Below, piece by piece: positions 15,186 through 23,242 of a stretch of 32,000 bases of DNA. A model generated the notes under the pieces. That model ran no database searches, was not told the DNA's origin, and worked only from the letters and a program-made list of their open reading frames with translations. Made by a program: the position numbers and the translations under genes. Numbering within the stretch: the first letter of the stretch is position 1; the number at the start of each line of letters is the position of its first letter. The stretch is from assembly GCF_036323395.1 (NCBI RefSeq), contig NZ_AP028907.1, forward strand, positions 960,001 through 992,000, given 5' to 3'. This DNA is from Pyrodictium abyssi. GTDB lineage: Archaea > Thermoproteota > Thermoprotei_A > Sulfolobales > Pyrodictiaceae.

Positions 15186-16340
15186 TTAGCGGCGCCTCCT
15201 TCTGCGCCTCGTCTCCTCCTCTGTAACCTCGTAGGCTCTCACGCCGACACCAAGCAGCTTGCGGAACACGGCGTCGAGGAACTTTACGTGGAAGCCGCGT
15301 TGGCCTACGAAGGCGCCGAACTCGTCGCTCTTAACCTTCACAGCCAGATATGGGCCCTCGAAGTCGGCGTCAACAACGTGCTTGTATATCCAGCTCACAG
15401 GGTGTATAGCCCGTATTATGTTCGTGAAGTCTAGGGTCAGCTCCACAGCGCGTAGTCTTAGCTCGGTATCCTGCTCAATCTTCTGTATCCTCTCGCCGCC
15501 GCGGCCAACCAGCCTGCCCAGGTAGCCCTCCTTGACGAGTATCAGCGCGTCCGGCACGTGCTCTGCCGTTATTTCGAACTGCTTCTTAGCGTCGATGAAC
15601 TCTACTACGGTTATCACGTCGGCGTCAGGCGCGTATATCCTAGCAGCCTCCATTACCCGCTTCTCGACCTCGTTGAGCGGCCGGTTCCTCATCCTCATCT
15701 CTATCAACAGCCTTATGCCGCGGCGTGCGCCGGGACGTACTATGTCCTTCAGCCCTAGGTCTATCACCTTGGCGTTCTCCTCGCCTATCAGCACCTCCCG
15801 CATCACAGTAGCGCCGTCGCGCTCCACGTTGTGAGGCTTCTGGAACACCGGGTCACCCGCTATGATGAACTTGCTGTTACGGCCGATCCTCATCAGTATC
15901 TCTACGCTGCTCTCCGGCGGTATGTTCTGGGAGTCATCGAGGAATATTATCGAGTCGTCGAACGTCCTGCCGCGGAGGTAGTGGGTGTCGGCGAACATTA
16001 TCCTGCCCTCGTCTATGAGCTTCTCGACCTCCTTCCAGTCGATGAAGCCTGCCAGTATGTCGCGTAGGTAGGCCGACACTATGTCGTAATACTGCTGGCC
16101 TAGCTCTTGCGCGGTCAGCTCGCGGCCTGTGACAACGTCTACCACCGGCCTCGATATGATGAGCCTCTTGTACTTGCCCTCGAGCACAGCGTCGATGCCG
16201 TAGAGTACGCTGAAGAGGCTCTTACCGCTACCAGTCGGGCCGAAGAGACCTATTATCTCGTACTCGTCGCTGGTTAGAGCCTCGAGCATCTCCTCCTGGC
16301 CAGGGCTCATAGGCTTAAGCTTCTCCAGCAGCGCCCCCAT
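15186..16340 (-). CDS. PhoH-like ATPase fused to C-terminal KH RNA-binding domains
   Basis: PhoH motifs: Walker A GLFGPTGSGKSLF, LDDSQNIPP (DEAQN-like), IIAGDPVFQ. C-terminal KH-like GxxG segments: LVGRGGERIQKIE, FVGQRGFHVKFL. The protein ends in a poly-Arg tail (RRRRRRR). Confidence 0.8.
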   Translation of the reverse strand: MGALLEKLKPMSPGQEEMLEALTSDEYEIIGLFGPTGSGKSLFSVLYGIDAVLEGKYKRLIISRPVVDVVTGRELTAQELGQQYYDIVSAYLRDILAGFIDWKEVEKLIDEGRIMFADTHYLRGRTFDDSIIFLDDSQNIPPESSVEILMRIGRNSKFIIAGDPVFQKPHNVERDGATVMREVLIGEENAKVIDLGLKDIVRPGARRGIRLLIEMRMRNRPLNEVEKRVMEAARIYAPDADVITVVEFIDAKKQFEITAEHVPDALILVKEGYLGRLVGRGGERIQKIEQDTELRLRAVELTLDFTNIIRAIHPVSWIYKHVVDADFEGPYLAVKVKSDEFGAFVGQRGFHVKFLDAVFRKLLGVGVRAYEVTEEETRRRRRRR

Positions 16341-16465
16341 TGTTCTCCCACCTCGTCAGCCCCTTCGCGGCATCTTATCCATCTAGACTAGTGTGGGGCA
16401 GCCAAACAAGCCCTTATCAATCTTCTAGACCCCGCTGCAGGGCTGTACCCGCCGGGGGATACGAG

Positions 16466-17116
16466 GTGACGGCGCAGAGTAGAGAGACAGGCTGGTGGGA
16501 AGCCAAGAGAGAAGCCTGGGAGAGGCTCTGGGAGGATCTCAGGATAGGCTACCTGGACGACGACATCCTAGACGTGCTGGTGGAGATATTCCTACGGCCC
16601 CGCAGCTACTCTAAGAGCAGCTGCTCCGGCAGGATAACAGTGATAGACGCCAAGTACCCCTGGGCCAAGGACGACACTATGACAGTCTTCAAGAAGCATA
16701 GCCCGGTGAGCTACGGGGAGATAGAGAGGGTGCTATCGAGGCCCTGGGCGCACCGCCTCTGGCTAAGCGTACAGGGGCCCATATACCACGTGTACGTGGA
16801 GAGCCTCTCCGAGGCCGAGGAGATACTAGCAGCAGCGCGCGAAGCCGGGTTCAAGCACAGCGGGGTAATGGTCCTAGGCGAGACGCCCCTAGTAGAGCTC
16901 CGCACCGGAGTGCGTGCAGACGTACTGCTAGCTGACGATGAACGCCTCATCGTGGAGGGTGAGGCGCTGCGCCGCGTAGTCGATGTGGCCAATGACGTGC
17001 TACGCCAGGCTAAGGAGAGGAATCGGAGACTGCTGGAAGCCCTGCGTAAGAGAAGACCATCAGAGCTATGGAGGCCAGCGGAGGAGAAGGCTCGGCAGCT
17101 AGGCCTCCTAGGCTAG
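16466..17116 (+). CDS. taw3: tRNA wyosine-derivative methyltransferase Taw3 (TYW3 family)
   Basis: Contains the TYW3 signature SSCSGRITV and LWLSVQGPIYHVYV...AREAGFKHSGV. The track ORF starts at TTG 16340, on the same base as the divergent PhoH start. The in-frame GTG at 16466 (VTAQSRETGWWEAKREAW) leaves room for a divergent promoter. Start is uncertain. Confidence 0.7.
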   Translation: MTAQSRETGWWEAKREAWERLWEDLRIGYLDDDILDVLVEIFLRPRSYSKSSCSGRITVIDAKYPWAKDDTMTVFKKHSPVSYGEIERVLSRPWAHRLWLSVQGPIYHVYVESLSEAEEILAAAREAGFKHSGVMVLGETPLVELRTGVRADVLLADDERLIVEGEALRRVVDVANDVLRQAKERNRRLLEALRKRRPSELWRPAEEKARQLGLLG

Positions 17117-17179
17117 CATGCGACACGGCCCTGCAAGTCTAGCTGACTCTTCTTTAACCTCCAATCGTATCCATAATGC

Positions 17180-17656
17180 ATGGAACCGGGGTGTGTCTCA
17201 GCGTTGAGCGCAGAAGCCCCACCCGAGGAGCTACGCATCTCGGACGTGATGACCGTTAACGTGATCACGTCTCGGCCCGACGAGACAGTAGTTGACGCGG
17301 CCCGTAAGATGGCTGAGAACGACGTGGGCAGCGTAGTCGTAGTAGATGATAGGGGCACTATACTCGGGATAGTGACTGAGGGCGACATAGTGCGCCGCGT
17401 AGTAGCCCGCGGCCTTGACCCCTCTAAGACGCTAGTAGGCGACATAATGACGCAGAACCCCGTCACTATATACGAGGACGCGACGCTCGCAGCAGCGGCG
17501 GAGTACATGAGGGAGAAGGGAATAGGCCATCTACCCGTAGTGAACGAGCACGGCAGACTCGTCGGCATAATATCACGTAGCGATATAGTCCGTCTAGCGC
17601 CGGGCCTTATCGAGGTACTCTACCTGCGTAGAGGCGGAGAACGGGCCCAGGAGTAG
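17180..17656 (+). CDS. CBS-domain pair protein (2 CBS motifs), first of five
   Basis: ISDVMTVNVITSRPDETVVDAARKMAENDVGSVVVVDDRGTILGIVTEGDIV and VGDIMTQNPVTIYEDATLAAAAEYMREKGIGHLPVVNEHGRLVGIISRSDIV are canonical CBS motifs. No other domain is present. Confidence 0.85.
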   Translation: MEPGCVSALSAEAPPEELRISDVMTVNVITSRPDETVVDAARKMAENDVGSVVVVDDRGTILGIVTEGDIVRRVVARGLDPSKTLVGDIMTQNPVTIYEDATLAAAAEYMREKGIGHLPVVNEHGRLVGIISRSDIVRLAPGLIEVLYLRRGGERAQE

Positions 17657-17745
17657 GCGGTGTAAGGGTAGCAGTCGGCTCTGCTGCCCGCATAGTCATC
17701 ATGCTACGGAAGAGATTTTACTCGAACAATACCTAGTACATAACT

Positions 17746-18567
17746 ATGGTGTTGGGCCTGGATGCTCGTATAGCGGATATCTTCTCGCCACGATATCCAT
17801 ACGTACTCCCCGACGCCGGTTTCGGGGAGCTGCGCCGCATAGTGAGAGAGCAGCGCGTCAGGATGATACCCGTAGTAGCCGATGAGAGGACCATGAAGCT
17901 TCTAGGCATAATACGTAGAGGAGCCCTGCTCCTCGCAACCGGCACCAAGGTCGAGATAACAGCGAAGGACCTGCTAGAGGACCAGGTGGTCACACTACTA
18001 CCTTCTGGTAGTATAGTTGAGGCGGCACGCCAAATGCTCCGCGTTGATGAGTGGTATGCCCCAGTGACCGATGAAGAGAGGCGGCTCCTAGGAGTGCTCG
18101 GCCTAGAAGACATAATACGCTACATACTAGAAAAACACATGGATAAGCTCCAAAGGCCGGTCTCCGACGTAATGGAGACCAAGATAGTCTACGTCGAGCC
18201 CGACACTCCGATCTACAAGGTATGGCAAATGATGCTCTCCCGCCGCCTAGCAGCTCTACCTGTGATAAAGAATGGGAAGATAATCGGTGTGATCGCTGAG
18301 CATGACTTGATAACTCATGGCTTCACACGTCCCGATTTCGAGTCCTCTTCTGGTCACCGTAGGGGCCCCACAGTGGGGGAGGTAATGTCTACTCCTGCTG
18401 TGACTATTGAGCCAGACACGCCTCTATCCGAGGCGGCAAGACTCATTGTTGAACGGGACATAGGGAGGATATACGTAGCCGATAGTAGTGGTATGTTGCA
18501 GGGAGTTGTAGACCGTAGCGATGTAGTGGCAGCCTGGCTTAAAGCTATGGGTATAAGGCCATTATGA
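17746..18567 (+). CDS. Four-CBS-motif protein, second of five
   Basis: Four successive CBS motifs ending in GIIRRGALL, GVLGLEDII, GVIAEHDLI and GVVDRSDVV. No other domain was recognised. Confidence 0.85.
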   Translation: MVLGLDARIADIFSPRYPYVLPDAGFGELRRIVREQRVRMIPVVADERTMKLLGIIRRGALLLATGTKVEITAKDLLEDQVVTLLPSGSIVEAARQMLRVDEWYAPVTDEERRLLGVLGLEDIIRYILEKHMDKLQRPVSDVMETKIVYVEPDTPIYKVWQMMLSRRLAALPVIKNGKIIGVIAEHDLITHGFTRPDFESSSGHRRGPTVGEVMSTPAVTIEPDTPLSEAARLIVERDIGRIYVADSSGMLQGVVDRSDVVAAWLKAMGIRPL

Positions 18568-18652
18568 AATCTAATTTATTATCCACTATAGATATACCTA
18601 AAGCATGGAGTACGGGGCCAAAACACTATGGATATATACCCTGGCCTCCAAG

Positions 18653-18660
18653 TTTTATAT
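18653..18660 (+). promoter_or_regulatory. TATA-box candidate (TTTTATAT) for the third CBS gene
   Basis: AT-rich octamer 78 nt upstream of the ATG at 18738, inside the only long AT-rich gap of the CBS array. Confidence 0.45.
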
Positions 18661-18667
18661 CGTGTTC

Positions 18668-18684
18668 GTGTACATTGTGTACAC
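18668..18684. promoter_or_regulatory. Perfect 7-3-7 inverted repeat GTGTACA-TTG-TGTACAC (candidate operator)
   Basis: Read directly from the sequence. It starts 8 nt downstream of the TATA candidate, roughly where a transcription start would fall. An extra GTACAC copy follows at 18685-18690. Confidence 0.45.
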
Positions 18685-18737
18685 GTACACGGTTTAGGTC
18701 GATAACAGTCCATGTGTCGCGGAGGTGATGTATTGGC

Positions 18738-19682
18738 ATGAGAATGGCGCCAGTAATACCGCGTAGAAGGCCAGAGGGTATAAGGTGGCTCAGAAGCGAT
18801 GGCACGCCGAACTTCAGCGACCGTATACACAGGAGTGAGGGCGATGCCAAGATACTCGCCAAGCGCCCAGTATACACGGTCACCAGGACTACTACCATAC
18901 TCGGTCTCGCCGAGGGCATGAGCCGGTACAACGTAAGGGCTATGCCGGTGGTTGTGCCAAACCAGGACAAGCTAGAGGGTATAGTGACAGCAATGGATCT
19001 TGTGAGCTACCTAGGCGGAGGCGAACTATACAACATAGTCGTCAACCGGCACAAAGGGAACATATACTCCGCCCTCCTCAAGGAGCACGTATCATCAATA
19101 ATGAATCCGAACCCAGTCTATGTGACTGTTGCAGAGAAGCTTCCCAAGATACTGGAGATAATGGTAACTAAGAACGTTGGCGTTGTCCCGGTAGTATTCG
19201 AGGATGGAACCCTATGGGGCATAATAACAGAGCATGACATAGTGGAACACCTGGCTGAGAAGACCGTGGGCCGCAAAGTCTCAGAAGTAATGACCAGCAA
19301 TGTGATAACCATAGACGCAAGTGCAACCATAAAGGAAGCCGCAGAGATGATGATAAGATATGGTGTGAGACGTCTACCAATAATAGAGGACGGCGCTATC
19401 TGGGGCATGATAACGGCCAAGGACATAGTAAGGTTCTTCGGAAGCCACGACGTCTTCAGGTTCACCGAGACAGACAGCATGGAGGAGGCGCTAAAAGCCC
19501 CCGTGAAGCTAGTCGGCCTCAGCGGCTACGTAACCATAGACCCCGACGCCGATGTAGGCGAAGCAGCCACGCTAATGAAGGAAAAGGGTGTAAGCAGCCT
19601 ACTCGTTGTAAAGGATGGGCAGCTCGCCGGCATCATTACTGAAAGGGACGTGCTCTACGCACTGGCGACGTCGCCGCCGTAA
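18738..19682 (+). CDS. Four-CBS-motif protein, third of five
   Basis: Four CBS motifs ending in GIVTAMDLV, GIITEHDIV, GMITAKDIV and GIITERDVL. There is a roughly 35-aa basic N-terminal extension whose start is uncertain. Confidence 0.85.
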   Translation: MRMAPVIPRRRPEGIRWLRSDGTPNFSDRIHRSEGDAKILAKRPVYTVTRTTTILGLAEGMSRYNVRAMPVVVPNQDKLEGIVTAMDLVSYLGGGELYNIVVNRHKGNIYSALLKEHVSSIMNPNPVYVTVAEKLPKILEIMVTKNVGVVPVVFEDGTLWGIITEHDIVEHLAEKTVGRKVSEVMTSNVITIDASATIKEAAEMMIRYGVRRLPIIEDGAIWGMITAKDIVRFFGSHDVFRFTETDSMEEALKAPVKLVGLSGYVTIDPDADVGEAATLMKEKGVSSLLVVKDGQLAGIITERDVLYALATSPP

Positions 19683-19755
19683 GCTCTCCTACACCCTGGC
19701 TGTTACCCTAATAGCCGCCCAGGTAGTACCAGAGGCTGCTCCTCTCATGCTCCGA

Positions 19756-19760
19756 TTTTT
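19756..19760 (+). terminator. Oligo-T tract (TTTTT) downstream of the third CBS gene
   Basis: T5 run 74 nt after the stop at 19682, in an otherwise GC-rich spacer. Confidence 0.4.
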
Positions 19761-19819
19761 CCAGGCCGTGTTGCTAGAGTTCATGTCTCTTCACACACGT
19801 GCAGAGGGATGAACCAGAC

Positions 19820-20665
19820 ATGAAGTATCCACGTATAGAAGAATACATGTCTTCACCCGTGGTAGTAGTTAGCCCGAACGATAGCCTCGCTCGTGCCAGA
19901 AGGCTCATGATAAGGTACCGTATAGGCAGGCTGGTCATAGTTGATGAGCAGGATAGGCCTATAGGCATGTTGACTAAGTCTGACTTCCTCCGCTTGGCCT
20001 CGGGGCAGCTCACTCGCCGCCCCCTAGAGTCCATAATAGTAAAGGAGATCATGAGCGATAATCCTGTGGTTGTTCGGTCAGACCGGTCGCTAAGGGAAGC
20101 TGCGAGGCTAATGCTGCAGCACAATATAGGCGGGTTGCCCGTGGTGGACGAAAACGGCAGACTAGTTGGAATGATAACTAAGACCGATGTTGTGAGGGCT
20201 TATGCCGAGAAGCTGCGCGGAAAGTACATGGTCAAGGAGTATATGTATAGTGATGCGCCCCAGGCGTCGCCCAGCCATAGCGTGGCGTACGTGGTAGAGC
20301 TGCTGGAGAATCACCCGTCTCGCCGCGTACTAGTCGTTGATGGGAATGAGCTCGTGGGCATAGTAGCGCCGAGCGACATAGCCTTCATAAACTATATGCC
20401 GAGCATTTCTAAGGGTAAGAAGACCTCCAGAAGGTTCGCCGAGCTCCCGAAGGGGCGTATAGGCCCTGTCTACGAGTACTTGCTCCCAACGGCCCAGGAC
20501 ATAATGACCCCTGACCCGATAACCGTCGGCCCCGACGAGGACCTGGCGACAGCGGCACAGCTGATGATAAGGCATGGGTTTAGCTCGGTCCCAGTGGTTG
20601 ATGATGGAACCCCGCTGGGAGTCGTGGTTAAGCATAATATTCTGAGGGCGATATCAGAGACATAA
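19820..20665 (+). CDS. Four-CBS-motif protein, fourth of five
   Basis: The track ORF begins at GTG 19799. The ATG at 19820 (MKYPRIEEYMSSPVVVVSPNDSL) sits directly at the first CBS motif. The four motifs end in GMLTKSDFL, GMITKTDVV, GIVAPSDIA and GVVVKHNIL. Confidence 0.85.
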   Translation: MKYPRIEEYMSSPVVVVSPNDSLARARRLMIRYRIGRLVIVDEQDRPIGMLTKSDFLRLASGQLTRRPLESIIVKEIMSDNPVVVRSDRSLREAARLMLQHNIGGLPVVDENGRLVGMITKTDVVRAYAEKLRGKYMVKEYMYSDAPQASPSHSVAYVVELLENHPSRRVLVVDGNELVGIVAPSDIAFINYMPSISKGKKTSRRFAELPKGRIGPVYEYLLPTAQDIMTPDPITVGPDEDLATAAQLMIRHGFSSVPVVDDGTPLGVVVKHNILRAISET

Positions 20666-20723
20666 CTACGGGTGTCCTTGGAACCGCGAAGCCAAGGGAA
20701 CCCGGAAGGGAGGTGTAGACGCC

Positions 20724-21536
20724 ATGGCCGTGGCCAGGAAGGCCCGGGACATAATGCAGACAGACTACCCGGCTGTAGACAAGGATGAGACACTCGAGCA
20801 TGCTGTGCGCGTCATGAAGAAGTACGATAGCGACCGCGTGCTAGCTTTCGAGGATGAGAGACTCGTAGGTATAATGACTAAGAAGGACATAATGATTAAG
20901 CTGGCTACGACTCGTACCTGGAACGTGGCAATCGGTAGAATGCACGTGTCGAGCTTCATGACGCCCGACCCCAAGACTGTGGAGCCCGAGACAGATGTGG
21001 GTGTGGTTGCCCAGCGCATGGTGGACGAGAATGTAGGGAGCTTCCCGGTAGCCGAGAACGGGAAGGTTGTTGGCCTAGTGACGCGCTGGGAGATAGCCAA
21101 CCTAGCTGGGGAGGTAGGAGCCGACGTTAAGGCGGTAGATGTGATGGTCACTGTGCCAGAGGTACTAAGGACCACTAACAAGGTGCTGCATGCTAGGCAG
21201 CTCCTGCTACGCTACAATGTGCTCTTCCTACCAGTGCTGGACGAGGAAGGCCGGCTGGTGGGCTACATAACCGTTGACGAGATTGCTGACGCTTTCCTGG
21301 CATTCCACGATATAGTGCCAGAGAAGTATCGCAAGGAGCGTATAGAGCACCTCCTGGTGGACGACATAATGAGGCTACGCCCGCCAACGGTGACGCCGGA
21401 CAGCAGTGTAGCCGAGGTACTGGACAAGATGAAGGTGAAGAAGTCTAAGGGCGTAGTAGTAGTGCATGAGGGCAAGCTGGTAGGCATAATAACGCTTAAT
21501 GAGCTAGTCAAGCTAGTAGCGATGAGAAGCCAGTAG
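20724..21536 (+). CDS. Four-CBS-motif protein, fifth of five
   Basis: GGGAGGTG lies 8 nt upstream of the ATG. The four motifs end in GIMTKKDIM, GLVTRWEIA, GYITVDEIA and GIITLNELV. Confidence 0.85.
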   Translation: MAVARKARDIMQTDYPAVDKDETLEHAVRVMKKYDSDRVLAFEDERLVGIMTKKDIMIKLATTRTWNVAIGRMHVSSFMTPDPKTVEPETDVGVVAQRMVDENVGSFPVAENGKVVGLVTRWEIANLAGEVGADVKAVDVMVTVPEVLRTTNKVLHARQLLLRYNVLFLPVLDEEGRLVGYITVDEIADAFLAFHDIVPEKYRKERIEHLLVDDIMRLRPPTVTPDSSVAEVLDKMKVKKSKGVVVVHEGKLVGIITLNELVKLVAMRSQ

Positions 21537-21683
21537 ATCCTCTCATGCCCGTGGCCATTCTTTCTCTTTAGCCCCTCCGGGCCAGCGGGTTTGAGCTGCG
21601 GCAGGCTGCGTATAAGAGGGGTTTCCCTGCCTACCTCAGTTCTTTTGGGCTAAAGGGAGGCAACGGGGAGGCGGCGTAGCCCC

Positions 21684-22208
21684 TTGTCGCCAAGGCTTGA
21701 GGCTAGGCTGAGAGCTGCTAGGTTCATAGTGGACTCTATGCTGGGGAGTTTAGCGAGATGGCTGAGGATGATAGGCTGTGACACGGTGTACGCTAAGGGG
21801 TGGCATGACTCGCGGATAATCGAGGAGGCGGGGAACTCCCGCCGGATAATAGTCACGAGGGACCGTGGCCTCTTCAACAGGGCGCGGCGGCGCGGCCTAG
21901 ACGCAGTGCTCGTGAGCGACGACGTTGCCAGGGCTCTGGCTGTCCTCAGTCTCCGGTACGGCATCCCCCTCGAGATAGTACCGGAGCGGAGCCGCTGCCC
22001 GGTCTGTAACAGCCCGCTCCGCAGCGCCTCGAAGGAGGAGGTCAAGGGCAGGGTGCCGCCCAGGGTCTACGAGGCCTACGACGAGTTCTGGGTATGCACG
22101 GGCTGCAGCCAGGTGTACTGGCGCGGGGGCCACTGGAGGGGTATAGAGGAGACCCTCCGTGAGGCCCGCCGGTGGGCTGAGAAGCTCCGCTCCAAGAGGC
22201 GGCGGTGA
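21684..22208 (+). CDS. Mut7-C (DUF82) PIN-like RNase-domain protein with C-terminal zinc ribbon
   Basis: RFIVDSMLGSLARWLRMIGCDTVY is the characteristic Mut7-C start. The C-terminus carries CPVCNSPL...CTGCSQVYWRGGHW. The TTG start at 21684 is uncertain. Confidence 0.7.
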   Translation: MSPRLEARLRAARFIVDSMLGSLARWLRMIGCDTVYAKGWHDSRIIEEAGNSRRIIVTRDRGLFNRARRRGLDAVLVSDDVARALAVLSLRYGIPLEIVPERSRCPVCNSPLRSASKEEVKGRVPPRVYEAYDEFWVCTGCSQVYWRGGHWRGIEETLREARRWAEKLRSKRRR

Positions 22209-22504
22209 GCGATCGAGGGCCTCAGCACCAGGGATGGGGCTCAGCCGCGTCTGCAGTCTGCATCCCGCCGCTGTGGCTAGAGCAGCGCCGGCGCCGGTTT
22301 ATTAGCTAGCCGCGGTCCCTGGTGTAAGAGTGGGTGGGCCTGCACGACCCCTGGAGCGGCTCCAGGCTCTAAGGGCCGCCGCGACCCCAGGTAGCGGTTT
22401 TGAGGCGCCTACAGGGCTCTATGTGCTCGGTATTTACTCCGTGGTGTGTGGCTGGGAGAAGCCCTCTAGGCAGAGGATGGTAGCCCTCTGGAGTGTGGAG
22501 CGAG

Positions 22505-23242
22505 ATGCCGGACATACTCAATGCTACTGCGGCGTTCTTCGCCGATTATGGTACGATAGTGGGCGCGTTCTTCATAGCGCTTGTGAGCAACGCTATACCC
22601 TATATGACGGTCCCTTACCTGATAATCATCGCCGGGTACGGTGCAGCGCTCACGAATACTCTTGACAAGCTGCTGGTTGCTATAGCGGGTGGCGTGGGCG
22701 CGGGCCTGGGCAAGGTAGTGGTCTACCTGCTAGGCCGCGGCGTGCACAGTATACTGCCCGAGCATACTAGGGAGAACGTGGAGCTGTTCGCGAAGGCCTT
22801 CCGCCGCGGCGTGTTCATCGCGGTCTTCCTGTTCGCCGCGCTCCCTCTGCCCGACGATATACTCTACATACCCGTGGGCATGACGGGCTATAGCCCGGTA
22901 CTCTTCTTCATAGCGGTGACGCTCGGCAAGATAGTGATAACCTCTCTCGCGGTGCTCTTCGGCGACGTGGTGGCGTCGCTAGTAGGCTCTGGGCAGGGCG
23001 GCTTCGACCCTAGAGTTGTAGCGGGCCTGATCATAGGCAGTATAATAGTCACCATCATAGTGGCTAGGATGAACTGGAAGCGTGTCATAGAAGTCTACAA
23101 CGAGGAGGGCCCAGTCCTCGCCCTCGTAGAGATGATAAAGCAGGTATTCCTGGCTATGCTCCCCTCCTCTGCAGCCAAGAAGGTCGAGAGCAAGATAGAT
23201 AGTCTAATAGATAGTCTAGTAAGAGCACTGCGGAGCCGATAA
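22505..23242 (+). CDS. DedA/VTT-domain-like integral membrane protein
   Basis: Multiple hydrophobic helices (GAFFIALVSNAIPYMTVPYLIIIAGYGAAL, VFIAVFLFAALPLPDDILYIPVGMTGYSPVLFFIAVTLGKIV, VVAGLIIGSIIVTIIVA). I take the ATG at 22505 as the start, 12 nt inside the track ORF. Confidence 0.6.
   Translation: MPDILNATAAFFADYGTIVGAFFIALVSNAIPYMTVPYLIIIAGYGAALTNTLDKLLVAIAGGVGAGLGKVVVYLLGRGVHSILPEHTRENVELFAKAFRRGVFIAVFLFAALPLPDDILYIPVGMTGYSPVLFFIAVTLGKIVITSLAVLFGDVVASLVGSGQGGFDPRVVAGLIIGSIIVTIIVARMNWKRVIEVYNEEGPVLALVEMIKQVFLAMLPSSAAKKVESKIDSLIDSLVRALRSR

Noticed and set aside
17113-21511. Antisense ORFs within the CBS array (17113-17568, 17733-18113, 18626-18970, 19118-19480, 19774-20124, 20330-20793, 20765-21181, 21263-21511)
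   Set aside because: They are S/T-rich mirror frames of the CBS genes, and none carries a recognisable motif.
22330-22665. 111-aa ORF upstream of and overlapping the DedA-like gene
   Set aside because: It overlaps the membrane-protein start out of frame, has no recognisable motifs, and its composition is typical of random GC-rich sequence.
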